Assembly (NCBI GenBank): GCA_008632985.1
Contig: QPGO01000026.1
Location: forward strand, 310,001 to 374,000
Length of the DNA stretch: 64,000 nt
DNA from: Psammoneis japonica
Lineage: Eukaryota
Direction: 5' to 3'
This document shows, in pieces, positions 25,981 through 38,114 of the stretch. The translations under genes were made by a program, and so were the position numbers. Under the pieces are notes generated by a model. The model was not told the DNA's origin. It searched no databases and saw only the letters and a list, made by a program, of their open reading frames with translations. The first letter of the stretch is position 1; every line of letters starts with the position of its first letter.

Positions 25981-26240
25981 GGTGTCAAGGGTGCTGCGCG
26001 GCAGGCGGCAACAAAAAGATCGCGCAAAGATACGATTTTCGTACGATGGCCGGACCAAAGATATCGTTTCCTTCTCATTTTCATGATTGTTTTATATTAA
26101 AGTTCGTTTAAAATTGAATGATACGAACAGAACCCAGCGATCACCATTGGCATGCTGGCGGGCTCGCCAAAACATCAACGCACACATCAACAACACATGA
26201 TGAAGTACACACAATACCGTTTTTCTGTTGTTGTTCTACC

Positions 26241-28219
26241 ATGATGGTGCGCTTTACGCTTGTTGCAATATCGCTGTTGCTATGCAGTACTACTAGTCAT
26301 GCTGCCTTTGTTCCTGTACCCCGACTTGCTCGGTTGTCCGTCAAACGGTCTGTCGCGAGCAGCATTCGTCCCGAGAATGTGACTTCTTCCTTTCCTACAA
26401 AAGATACTACGGATGACGATGTATTGTTGGACGAATCGCAATTTTTGCAAGACATGGAACGCGAGATTGATGCTGTGGACAAGTTGAATTTGTATCAAGC
26501 CAATCCTACAGAAAACATGTTGCTCAAACCAGAAGCAGCCTCGGCCGCTCAGGTTGCGTCTCATGTACAGTCTCCCTATCCCGAGCATGCCGCCAAGATG
26601 CAAGAGCTCGCGTTAAAGGCAGAACTCATTTCTCAAAAGTACGACGCTCCCATTGAGGTCCACAAGAAGTCTGTCACGACTGTTTCCTCCAATACAGATG
26701 CGACTGCAGCCTTTTTGTTGCTGGGCATTACGGTAGCTGCCGTCACCTTGGCGGATCCAAACGTCGTCACGGATCAGCTCGCTTCCGTCATTGACTCTTT
26801 GGAGCAGGCACTCCAGGTGGATCTCTCCGCATTGGACTTGTCGGCGCTCGATTTATCATCCTTTGATCTTTCGAGAGCCTTTGATCTTTCGTCCATCACA
26901 TCATCCTTGATGCAAGCGCGAGATCTCATTCTCACGCAGGCTTCCACCTTTGGAGACAACGTACTTGTGCAAGCCCACCATGCTGAGGATATCATGACGA
27001 CACAATTGCTTGCCCTCCAAGAATTTGTAGCCAAGATCGACATGGAGCAATTCCTACAGTGGCTACGCGAACTGGAAGCCATGTTGGTGACCAAATTGTC
27101 AAGCAGTCCGGTGGTTCAGCAGTTTGCACTCAATTTGGAAAACCTAAAGAACGACATGAATCACGGTGCTCAGCTTTTGATGGATGCCAAAACATGGAGC
27201 ATCGACGCATCGGCTCTTGTGGCGCGTTTCCAAGAGGCACAACACGACCTCTTAAGCAAGGCGTCGTCGTCAACCTTTCAGCTACCCGCCCTTCCCACTT
27301 TGGCTCAAATTTCCGACAATGCCGTTCATGCATTCTTGGGAAAGCGTACAAGTTGGATGGATTCGTACAAGCCATGCAAGAACAAGTGGCGAAAAACACA
27401 GCCAATCTAGAACAAGCCAAGATTGGCATGCAAAACGCCATGCAATCGTCTCATGTCCAAATGCAAGAAATGATGCGAGACGCTTCGAATCAAGTGGACA
27501 CCTTCAAGCGGCCATGATGAGCCAATCGGCAAGTAGTATTGATTTGGATGGACTACAACAAGCTGTCGTGGGACGTATTCAAGATACTCAGAAAATGTCT
27601 TGACCAAGCTTACTTCGATCCAAGTCCCACGTAGTAGTATGCCTCTGGAAGACATCATGCAACGTGCTCTTGATGACACCGTGTCAAGCATCAAAGTACC
27701 CCACTTTGACTTGCAAGCCGTAAAGGAGGAAGCATTCCAAGGCATGCCACAATTTGATTTGGATAGTGCCATGCAAGGTTGGGTAGACAGTGTACAAGAC
27801 GCACAAGCTACGCTCGTGGCCAAGGCCAACAGCGTGGAACTGCCGCAATTGGAGGACGTGTGCAAGATTTCCAATTCCGCATGCAAGCGTTTCAAAACCA
27901 AGAGGGTACAAGGGCCCTTGGCAACAACCTTGTATCCATCAAGGACGACATGGTCAAAATGGTGTCATCTGTCAATGACATTTCCATTACGCTTCCAAAG
28001 CTTGAACCGGTGAACTTTGACGTGCCCACGCTTCCAAAGATTGAATCATCCTTCAACTTTGACGTGTCCACGTTTCCGCAGTTGGATTCTTCCGTGGACG
28101 TGCGTGGCGTCTTGAGTGATTTCATGACTTCACTCGCTCCAACCGGTACAACGACGACGACAATTCCACAAGAAAGCTTGCTTGAAACTCTCCAAGTCGA
28201 CGGCGCCATTGGCCTATAA
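26241..28219 (+). CDS. Putative plastid-targeted low-complexity helical protein; about four frameshifts between 27340 and 27860
   Basis: MMVRFTLVAISLLLCSTTSHA-AFVP is a signal peptide plus ASAFAP-like motif. There is one hydrophobic segment, and similar composition continues through successive frames to TAA at 28217-28219. Confidence 0.6.
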
Positions 28220-29135
28220 TAAAAAGGGCATTGTGACGGTGTCTTTACACGATTGGATGGCGCAAATGCATATAAGATATTCACGGTGCATCCAAAATGA
28301 TTCATTCTCTATTTTTTGCCATTTCGATACAATAGAGACAATGCAAGAAAGGCAAAAAACGAACGGTCAAACCGAAACGCTCAAGAAAGGTTCATTTTCA
28401 TGATGAACTCTTCCATGTTAGATTCCTTCATAGACTGCAGCTGACGATTAATTACGCAGTACATTAAAAAACGATTTGCATATTGTTCGGCTGCTGTTTT
28501 GCAACTTGTGTATTCATTATCAATCCTCCACACTGGACAACTTTGACCACCACGGGCAAATGACGCATGGCAAGTTGCGAGTCTTGTGCTCTTGCATTTT
28601 CACCGAGACGAGGGTGTACCTCTAAAGTACCGGTATGGGCTAAAGACTCCGTTGTATGGATATGCATTGCTCGTGATCTTTTGGGTTTTGACCAGAGAAC
28701 TAGCTAGAAGATCCAAGATATTGAAGCGTGCAATACAATTATTAGTCTTTTAGTTTTCCCTGGCATTCCGAAGCCATGCACAACCCTAGGCAAATGTCGC
28801 TTTCGTTGACAAATTTGTCTGTTCCTTATTTTAAACCGCAGTTAAAGATTCTTTCAGGACAGGGCTGCCAAGTTTTTAGCGGTAGCGCTCAGAACTGGAG
28901 CGTTGTCTTTCCGAAAATCTGTATCCGAGAAGTATGGTGATTCTCACGACTCTTGTGAATTTCTCCGTCTACCGATTCCGTGACGGACCACAGGAGTACA
29001 TAGCTTCTATCATGGGTGAAGTGATACGATAGCCATTGGTACCATTCCAATGGACTGCACGTACCGGTGCTGTAGGCCGGCCTCCACCACCAAGTAGAAA
29101 TGAAGAATTTGCAGTTGTTGCAGTCATTCATTCAC

Positions 29136-30857
29136 TCATGTGACATCGTCGTATGGTTGGTTTACAGTTGCCTTTGTCTGGAAATAAGCAGACGTGTGCA
29201 GTATTGTGGCCACAGTCACTGAGCAGAAGCTGCCAACGATAAGGTAGGAAAAGCTGGCCGGGTCTGGTAACAAAACACAACTCAGAGCCGCCATGGCATC
29301 AAAAGCGTTTTGAATAGCCGCTTGCGTTCCGTTGACACTCCCAAGAGCCGAAATAGGTTCGACTCTTTCCTGTAAGAGCTGTGTAACACACAAATCAAAA
29401 CCCCAAAGACCAAATCTCGAAAGAATAACGGAAACGACAATGATCCAAACGAGAAGTCCTTGTTCAGAAAACAGGTTGCTGTGATGCGAACTGGATCCTG
29501 CCAAGATTGGGGCCAAGACAGCACAGGGGAGAATACAGAGCCACATAAAGACAATAAAACGTAACGCAGCGCCCTCGATTCCATATTTTTGTGTAGCTCG
29601 AGGGGATACCCGAGTCGCCAGCATTCCAAAACCCGCAGAGAATGCACGAGCGATTCCAACATAGGACTCTTGAAAGCCAAGAGAGACTAACCAGGCCGTC
29701 ATGAGCGTTCCCAAACTCACCACCGTCAGGTACAATATGGCCAATGCAAAGGCAGATTTAAAAATCGTCTGACGACAATACAGCCGGTATGAATGACAGC
29801 AACGTGATGACTCCACTGTTTCGTCTTCGTCGCTACCCATGACAAGTTCTACGGGAGATCTGGTTTGACCGTTCCCGTTGCTCTTGCTTACCGCCACTGA
29901 TACATTTTCATCCCTGTCATCTGTATCACCAGGCTGGGTACAGTCGAGAGTGTTTTCGTCATCATGGGTGGGGGGTGGAGACACCTCAGAATAATTCCTG
30001 TTGATCCACAACAAGCATGCGACTTCTACAGGCCAAGCCAAAAGATTGAAAGAGGCAATGGCTATTGCGGTCGCACTAGGACCGGTATACTGTAGCAAGA
30101 AGCCCACTGCAATGGGTGCCAGTAAGTTGCAAGACAAATCAATGCACCTCATTTTTGCATTCACGCGGGAAAGAATCTGACTAGTAGGACATTCACTGGC
30201 TTGGCCGGGCCGCTCGAGACTACCACAGTAGCCGGGAAACAAGAAGCATGAACGATGGAATAGCAAGCCACACCCCGGGTTAAATTGATCTCTTGCCCCA
30301 TTCGGTACATGCACATCTGCTAAACTTGTTGTCCATCGTTTTTCGACTGCAATCGTAGACCCTAAACTCCCCAGCCTGGCTACAACGCTCGATAGGATAA
30401 CAATAGTAACTCCAATTTCTGTCAGCACCGATTCATCATCCCAAGAGCTGGTGGCAACAATAGACCCAAGAGCAGCTACTGCTATTCCAAAGTCTTGCAC
30501 GGCCAGCGTTGTTATTGCTGACTTTAGTAGCGAAACACTTTGCACCCAAGCTCCAATTCTCGTTCCAAGAACTACGCATGACGCACACGACACCAACACC
30601 AAGAGTGCCGTCAAGCGAAGATCCTCACCATTGTTGGCGTATAAAAGCAAGAGGCCAGCTCCGAATTCCCACGACCGTTCGCCCCACGCAGCAAATCCGT
30701 GAGAAACACACAAAGGAGCGACCCACAAAGGGAGTGACGACGTAGTTTCAACAACTGGGATCTCGCCTTCGTGTAAGTCCTCTTCAGTCGGTCCTATGTC
30801 TTTGCTGCTTGTGACTTCGACGGGAGTATATTGCCCTGCTTCTTTGCTTCTCGCCAT
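29136..30857 (-). CDS. FPN1: Ferroportin (SLC40/FPN1/IREG family) metal exporter
   Basis: Motifs SHGFAAWGERSWEF, NAKMRCIDLSCNLLAP, LYLTVVSLG and SRFGLWGFDL..TQLLQE, with many TM segments. There may be an in-frame intron near 30180-30310. Confidence 0.88.
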   Translation of the reverse strand: MARSKEAGQYTPVEVTSSKDIGPTEEDLHEGEIPVVETTSSLPLWVAPLCVSHGFAAWGERSWEFGAGLLLLYANNGEDLRLTALLVLVSCASCVVLGTRIGAWVQSVSLLKSAITTLAVQDFGIAVAALGSIVATSSWDDESVLTEIGVTIVILSSVVARLGSLGSTIAVEKRWTTSLADVHVPNGARDQFNPGCGLLFHRSCFLFPGYCGSLERPGQASECPTSQILSRVNAKMRCIDLSCNLLAPIAVGFLLQYTGPSATAIAIASFNLLAWPVEVACLLWINRNYSEVSPPPTHDDENTLDCTQPGDTDDRDENVSVAVSKSNGNGQTRSPVELVMGSDEDETVESSRCCHSYRLYCRQTIFKSAFALAILYLTVVSLGTLMTAWLVSLGFQESYVGIARAFSAGFGMLATRVSPRATQKYGIEGAALRFIVFMWLCILPCAVLAPILAGSSSHHSNLFSEQGLLVWIIVVSVILSRFGLWGFDLCVTQLLQERVEPISALGSVNGTQAAIQNAFDAMAALSCVLLPDPASFSYLIVGSFCSVTVATILHTSAYFQTKATVNQPYDDVT

Positions 30858-31399
30858 GATACCCAAGCTACTATTCTTTTTTTCCCTGTGTGGATATTGT
30901 AGCTGCATGTTTAGAAGAATCATCGCCTCTCTTCTCATTCTTCGATTTCTTCTTCGAGCATAAGCAGAAGAAAAAGCGGTGACGTCATCTTGCGACTGTT
31001 ACTTCTGAATAAAATATCTAAAGCCATGAAGGGTTTATCTTCCGTTTGGGAATGTTCGCCATGAGCGGCATCGGATTGACGGGAAGAAACGTCACGAAGG
31101 CTTTGAGAAAAGGACAGTTTGCAGGGAAGATCAGCCCTTAGGTGGTGTTGAAGACCAGTTGGGAGAAAACGTTTGCCACACACGGGACAATCATTTCCGA
31201 CGGCGAAGGGGGCGCCATTGTTCGTGTTGTAAAAACAAGTGAGACAAAAATGAGTGGGACAAACCACATGGTAAAAATGACACGTGGCACGTGACAAGAT
31301 TGTGTTGCATGAATCAACTCACACATGAGTTTGCTTGTTAGACCCAGTTGTCTGGGTCCCCTTGTTGCACAACAGAACAAGAGCCAGGGAAGGCTGATG

Positions 31400-32600
31400 T
31401 GGTGAGAACACTGTGTCATGAGGCTGAATGCACCATTGATTGCACACCTCTCACACTGCCATTGTTCATGCAAAGGCAAATGAGATGGAGCCACTGGCAC
31501 AAAAGAAAAGGTGAGAGCATTGCCGGTGCTCCAGTTGTCGATGTGGGCTGTTGCTCTTGCAGCTTTTTGGCATCATTGTGTTGCTGGATGCCAGACTCAA
31601 CCATCTCCCAGATTGCTGAAACACCATCAGAGCAAGCACAAAACAACAGGTGAGCAAACAGAGTTCTGAGGCTAAATGTGACACATTGATTGGAGCTGCT
31701 GTTCTTCATGACAAGGCAAATGAGGTGGTTGCCATTGGTGCAAATGAAAAGGTGAGAGCATTGTTGGTGCTCCAGTTGTCAATGTGGGCTGTTGCTCCAA
31801 CAGCTCTTTGGCATCATTGTGTTGCTGGATGCCAGACTCAACCATCCCCAATTGCTGAAACGCTGGAGCCAGCACAAAAAAAGGTGAGCAAACAGAGTTC
31901 TGAGGCTGAATGTGACACATTGATTGGATTCACCTCTCACACTGCTGCTGTTCTTCATGACAAGGCAAATGAGGTGGTTGCCATTGGTGCAAATGAAAAG
32001 GTGAGGGCATTGTCGGTGCTCCAGTTGTTGATGTGGACCATTGCTCCAACAGCTCTTTGGTGTCATTGTGTTGCTGGATGCTGGACTCAACCATCCCCAA
32101 TTGCTGAAATGCTGGAGCAAGTGCAAAAAAAAAACAGGTGAGCAAACAGAGTTCTGAGGCTGAATGTGACACATTGACATTGGAGCTGCTGTTCTTCATG
32201 ACAAGGCAAATGAGGTGGCTGCCATTGGTGCAAATGAAAAGGTGAGAGCATTGTTGGTGCTCCAGTTGTAAATGCAGACTGTTGCTCCGACAGCTCTTTG
32301 GCATCATTGTGTTGCTGGATGCCAGACTCAAACATCCCCAATTGCTGAAACGCTGGAGCCAGTGCAAAAAAAAGGCAAGCAAACAGAGTTCTGAGGCTCA
32401 ATGCAACACATTGATTGGATTCACCTCTCACACTGCTGCTGTTCTTCACGACAAGGCAAATGAGGTGGTTGCTGTTGGCACAAATGAAAAGGTGAGAACA
32501 TTGTTGGTGCTCCAGTTGTTGATGTGGACTGTTGCTCTAACAGCTCTTTGGCATCATTGTGTTGCTGGATGCCAGACTCAAACATTGCTGAAATGCTGAA
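31400..32600. repeat. Tandem repeat, ~235-255 bp unit, about five copies
   Basis: AGCAAACAGAGTTCTGAGGCT recurs at 31653, 31887, 32141 and 32378, with a degenerate unit before it. Confidence 0.9.
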
Positions 32601-33290
32601 GAGAGCGCCACTTTAGACAGCAAGATCACATTGTCTTGCAGCCAATTGTGCAATTCATTAGAGACATCTCACACAGTCATTGTTGTTTGCAATGAGAAAG
32701 GCTGATGAGATGATTGCCAATGGCACAAATGAAAAGGTGAGAGTGGTTTTGCATTGAGAAGTTGATCTGATGGCATTCAATGGGTGTCATGCTGGCACTT
32801 CTTGACAGACTCAACCAGCCAACCTCTCTAAACCATTGAATCAATTGCAAACAACAACAGCGAGAATGCATGATGAAGTCATGTGGAGTGTTGGAAACAC
32901 TTCTCACATTGTCTGTTTGCAACAAAGAAAAAGACAACGGAGAACAAATGCACACGTGAAACTGCAACCCTCATCATTGCTGCAGCCAATGAAACAATTG
33001 CTTGCAATTCCCAGGCACAGAACAAAAATTGTCATTTTGGCATGCCTTGTTGCGCTGTCTTGTTCATGCAAGCAAACCAACTGTGTTTGTTTGTTTGTGT
33101 TTGCAGTGCAAGTGCCAGGAGGCTCACTTGATCCATGCCTTGGTCCATCACAAGATGATGGAAAATGTTTTGCTCAAGCGCACTTTTTAAAAAAGCCCAC
33201 TCTTCCCTGCAAAGTGCTGCAGCAACAAGTGTGATGTTGTTTTTGGATCAAGCAGTTGCAAGGTGGGAAAAAGAAAGGCAGTGTGATGGG

Positions 33291-33483
33291 CTCCAGTCCC
33301 AGGTGGGACCTCGCACTGCTGAGCTGTGACATCAACAGTTTTTTGGATCATGTTGCATGTCATGCACGTGCATTTCTGCTCGTGACATTCTGTGAAATTA
33401 TTTCATGCTCCCTGTTTTGCAAAGCCAAAGGCTTTCTGTTTTCAACATTTGTGAGAATGAAAACGCACTGGGTGTGTTCTTCA
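33291..33483 (+). repeat. Second copy of the 24955-25148 repeat
   Basis: Direct visual alignment with 24955-25148. Confidence 0.72.
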
Positions 33484-34285
33484 ATGTCTGCAGAACACAC
33501 CCGGGCAAACTGCCAATGATGCACTCCAAGTGTGACAGAGGAGATGTGTTTGCAAAATTGCCTCTTTTTCTGTTGGCAATCATTTAAATTTTCATTGCTT
33601 GACAAATTTGCTGCTGCGGAGCTTGCGCGCAGAATTCTGCAGGCCACATGTCACACAGAGTCCCGCCTGGGGCTGGAATCCGTTGTGTGTGGGTTTGCAT
33701 GAATGCATTGAATGGTTCTTGCAATTGCATGTTTGCATTGTGTCAGGAGTGTTGTCAAAAGGCCATGTCAGCAGCATCAAACAAACGGAGCCAAAGGACA
33801 ACCCAAAAACAACAACAAAATGCAGTTGTGGGATTGACTCAACCGGCACAGTCAGAGTTCAGTGGGTGTGTCTGTTTGCAGAGTTGATTGAAGCACAGCT
33901 TCTTAAATGAAATTTGTTCAGAGCACTGCGTGGCTTCTTCCAAAAGATGTCACTCAGAGCATCAACAAATTTGTTCAGAGTGGTGCTCTGTTTAAATGGA
34001 GATGCTCAGGCATCCAAACTTTGTTCAGAGTTGTGCAACAATTGGATGGACATGCTGGGGCATCAAAACACATTCAGAGTCATGCTCTGATTGAATGGAC
34101 ACAGTCACAGCAGCACTCTGCATGTCAGCACAATGCTCTAATTTGCAAATTTCAATGCTCTGTGTGCAATGATTCAAACAATTTTCTCAAGCTCCAAGTG
34201 ACCAAATTTACTCTGATTGTGCTCCATGCAGGCGTCATCACCTCAATGAACTCTCATTTGCTTTGAATGTCACACCCGGAGCATG

Positions 34286-35936
34286 CAGTCATTTTCATCA
34301 TCCGCGGAAATTGCGCAACACCCCCCTCCCCAAAATTGCAACTTCCCAATGCAAACTTTTGACCACGCGTTTGCACAGAATTTGTGAAGTCCAAAAAACA
34401 CAAAAAGATGCAGGGTTCCACATGCAAATCCAGCACAAAATGAATGCAAAGCCACCCTCTTCACACCACGGCAAAGCAAGCACAAATTGCCAACAGCTTT
34501 GACCACTTTGTCATTGCTGCGTTCTTCTTTTTGTTGTCCAACTGAACTGTCATCACCATGACATTGCAGACATCTGCATCAACCACTGGTGCTGAGGTTG
34601 AGCAGCCAGAAACAATTGAATTTGCAATGGCTGCAGTTCAACATCCTCAATGGGATCTCAGCACATGCATTCCACACAATGTCTGCAACCTTGGGGCTGT
34701 GATGCTGAGAATCACATTGTCCAAAATGACAAGAGAGTTTGGTTCCTGCTTGTCAAATTCACCAAGCTGAGGCACCACACACTCTGTCAACCATTCCTCA
34801 AGCCATTCTGTGTCAACAGCCCCTCTTGTGGGATCATTGTCATCTTTTCCTTGCTCTTGCAAAACAATGTCACAAGCTTCCAAGACAAAGCCATTGCAGT
34901 TGGCGGCACCCATCAATGTGTGTTGCGTTTCTGCAGCATCAAATGCACAAGCAAGCTCAGCTTTTTTGCCTTTCAATGCCCAGATTTGATGACAACAGGC
35001 GCTCAAGTGGTCTTTTGCTGATTTGTCCAAAAACAAGGCCATCTTCGGGTTGCAAAGCAGGATCTTGAGAGTGTTTTGGCAGTCATCGCGCTCTTCTTGG
35101 CAACGTTGGGCTGCAACTTCTGTGACAACTTTGAGAGAGCAGCGCAATCGCTCTGTCAGAAGTCTCCATGGTTGCACATCTCACACCTGCAATTCTTTTG
35201 CACTCATCCTGCATTTTGTCCAGATGAAACTCAGGGTGATCCTCAACAATGGATCTGATGATGTCAACCTGATGACATTCCCATGAGTGTGCTTCATGCA
35301 TTGTGTCTTGCTTTTGCTCACTCCTTTTCTTCAATCGCCCTTTTCTCCATCGTGTCACTTTGGAAACTTCCCCGAATTGCTGACAATGGAGGTGCCAACA
35401 ACAACGCAAAGTGGTTTTGCTGATCTTTGTGATGCTTGCACCCACCACCTCTTCCAGAATGCAGTCAAGAGGCTTGTCCTCAAACAGCCCAACCCTTGCA
35501 ATCAAATGACCAACTGGTGTCTCTTCCAAATGAAGTTGTCCGAGTGGACTTGCATGATTGCATCCTGCTGCTTCAACTTGAGGAACAAGCTCCAAGAAGA
35601 CAAAGACTGTGATGATCAAGGCAAGAAAGACTTCCAGCAACATCTTTTCGGTTTGCCAACATGGAACGCCATGCACACGACGACGCCCTGCTGCCCACTG
35701 CCATGCAGTGCGAGACGGTTTGCTGCATTTGGTTGCAAAGGTTGCAATGAGATGGACCGCTGCTGTCCAACTTGACAAAGGAAAAATGCACTGGACTTGC
35801 ATGGAATCCTGTGTGTTTTTGTGGTTTTTTGACTTCTTGACATTTGCAGGAGGCTTGCGCAAAAGTTGTGCTTTGGGTGCAGTCGTTTTTTTGGGGGGGT
35901 GTCACGCGATTTTTCCGCAGATGATGAAAATGACTG
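34286..35936 (-). mobile_element. Degenerate IS630/Tc1-mariner DNA transposon with ~150 bp TIRs
   Basis: The ends read CAGTCATTTTCATCATC.GCGGAAA at 34286 and its reverse complement ending at 35936. A minus-strand transposase remnant includes HPEFHLDKMQ, LFLDKS and SLVILDNV. Confidence 0.82.
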
Positions 35937-35976
35937 CAGTGGCAGGTGTCGCATGCCATGTCATGGGTGGGCTCAT

Positions 35977-36500
35977 GGGTTCAGGGGGGAGCTGGGGCTC
36001 CCCAGTTCATTTTGTCTGGCCAGGTGGGTTGTGAGCCACTGGGGCATGCCAAGTGCCACGCACCGCGCCACGCAGCATGGACCACGATGAGCACATGGTG
36101 CACAGTGCAGCACACACAGTGCATGCAAACGAACCGCAATGGCAGATGCCATCCATTGCAAGAAGATGCCATTGAACGAACACACCATGGAGGATGATGC
36201 GCCTGCTGCAGACGAGTCTTTTCTCTCCTGAGGAACTTGTTCAATGAGAATCAAACAAGAGTTCTCAGACAAGATCACACTCTCTCTCCTTCTTGCATGC
36301 AACAAAAGGCCTGTCCAGGTGCCCAGCTAGAGTAGACTGTAGTTTAATGTGTGCAACAGATCGCATGATGATGGTTTAACCTGCACTGTGGGGTGTGATC
36401 CCTCCAGGTTTAACAGGCAGCATGATGACGTATTCCAAAAACTGGGCCCCCGCTTTTTTATCGGGGGGATTCCCCTTTTTATCGCGAAGTGCTCCCCCCC
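35977..36500 (+). mobile_element. Copy B of the 8189-8768 non-autonomous element (outer TIR parts missing)
   Basis: It shares long near-identical blocks, e.g. CACACCATGGAGGATGATGCGCCTGCTGC.GACGAGTCTTTTCTCTCCTGAGGAACTTGTTCA. Confidence 0.85.
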
Positions 36501-36752
36501 AGTCACGGGCCAGCTCCGCATGTCACAAAAAAAAAACAGCAACGTGCTTCGTTTTCCAATTGCATGGTGTACAACCCCTGGGTTTGATCCCTGGCTAGCT
36601 AGCAGGACCCTGACCACCTGCTGTTGCTCGTCTCCATTCATGCGTCATCTCGTTGCTTGGATTGCATCGACTCGTTCGTGTTGAAAGCAATCACACTTGT
36701 AAACAATCCATTCTTGTCATTGTGCGTTGTGCTTCTTTGTTGCATCAGCAGC

Positions 36753-37232
36753 ATGTCACTCGACGATGCCTGCCGCCGTCTCCGGCAAAATGATCCCGCA
36801 TTGACAGAGCTCTGTCTTGGGCCCAACCAAATCGTTGACGATGGTGCAAATTCGCTCGCAACGGCACTCGCAACCAACACCACATTAAAATGGCTCAGTC
36901 TTGATTTCAACCAAATTGGTGACGCCGGTGCAAGAGCGCTCGCAATGGCACTCGAAACCAACACCACATTGGAATGGCTCGGCATTTCTTTCAACCAAAT
37001 TGGTGACGACGGTGCAAGAGCATTGCTGCAAACTCTACAACAACACAATGGGAGTTTGACGTTCTTGAATTTGGACTTCAACTTTGGCCTTTCCGTTAAT
37101 CTGGAAAGCGAAATTCGGGCATTGGTGGAACAAAACAAGAACAAGACTCGAAACCCGCCGCCTCGGCCTAAATTGACTCGTGCGTTGTTGCTTTTTCGGT
37201 TTTACCCCGGGAATGCCAGCGTGATTATGTAA
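36753..37232 (+). CDS. Small RNI-like leucine-rich-repeat protein (NLRC3-type LRRs)
   Basis: RLRQNDPALTELCL followed by 28-aa repeats NTTLxWLxLxxNQIGDxGARALA. The 3' end may be spliced (GT at ~37180 to TAG at ~37288). Confidence 0.8.
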   Translation: MSLDDACRRLRQNDPALTELCLGPNQIVDDGANSLATALATNTTLKWLSLDFNQIGDAGARALAMALETNTTLEWLGISFNQIGDDGARALLQTLQQHNGSLTFLNLDFNFGLSVNLESEIRALVEQNKNKTRNPPPRPKLTRALLLFRFYPGNASVIM

Positions 37233-38114
37233 AGCGCAAACGATTGTGTCTCACGCGACCTATTATATTTTGTGTGTCTTGCTTGTAGGAGAACAAGAAT
37301 GACGACGAAGGTAAATCAGAAAAGACTTTACCAATTTCGGCTCACTAAATAGTGACTAGATGGCCTTTTTTTTTGCTTGCTACGTTCTTTGGCTGTTTGT
37401 ACAGTTGGCGTTGCTCGTCCTGATTGTTGTACATTGCACGTCACCCGTGCCAATAAACTCATCGCAGGATACTTATTTCAAGACAACTAACATTAGAGTC
37501 ACTCTTATTTTGAGTCCTTGCGTCTAATCCATTCACCCCCCTTTCATGGATTCCAATTTATAGTTACTCTTCGCTGTTGCTGACTCTGTACAAATGCGTT
37601 TTTTACTAGCCCTATCTCTACTAGAAGGACATGAGCACAACAGCCCGTGTCGATTGACTGTAGTTCGAATGGAGCTTGAAGTTCTAATCTCTCTCCGTCG
37701 AGCCGTCGAAATTGATCCGTTCAATGCTCTATACGTACAAAATGAAAATGGAGATACAATCCAAAACTCACTCACACAATCTGTGAATTCTTCACTGTAA
37801 TTAATGAACTCTCTATCAGCCCAAATACTCTCGTGATGGTTGTCAACTAGTTCTGGCAGATAGTAGCCGAGTATTTTAACGTCTGATCCCCCGTTGGCCG
37901 GACCAACCTACCCCCCAAAAGGTCCACGCGGCATCGTTCTGCTCTGATAATGATCTTATTCAGTGGTGTCAGCCCCTGAGCCAGTCCAAAAGTATGCTCT
38001 TGTTCCAATTGACATTGCGCTCGATTCACCAAATAGGAATTACAGCGTACGACGTAATGAAGGGGCTCTTTTCCTAATATAAATTATAGCTGTTACTAAG
38101 AACCACACACATCA

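Larger units (their letters stand above)
31280..36320. other. TpA-depleted repeat domain 2
   Basis: Very few TA remain, mostly in TTAA, CTAA or TTAG. TA returns abruptly at 36328. Confidence 0.88.

Noticed and set aside
30935..31297. Short ORF with CPVCGKRF...HH zinc-finger-like motif
   Set aside because: It is a single weak motif at the repeat boundary with no supportable gene structure.
31400..32600. CRISPR-like array
   Set aside because: The whole units repeat with no unique spacers, the context is eukaryotic, and there are no cas genes.
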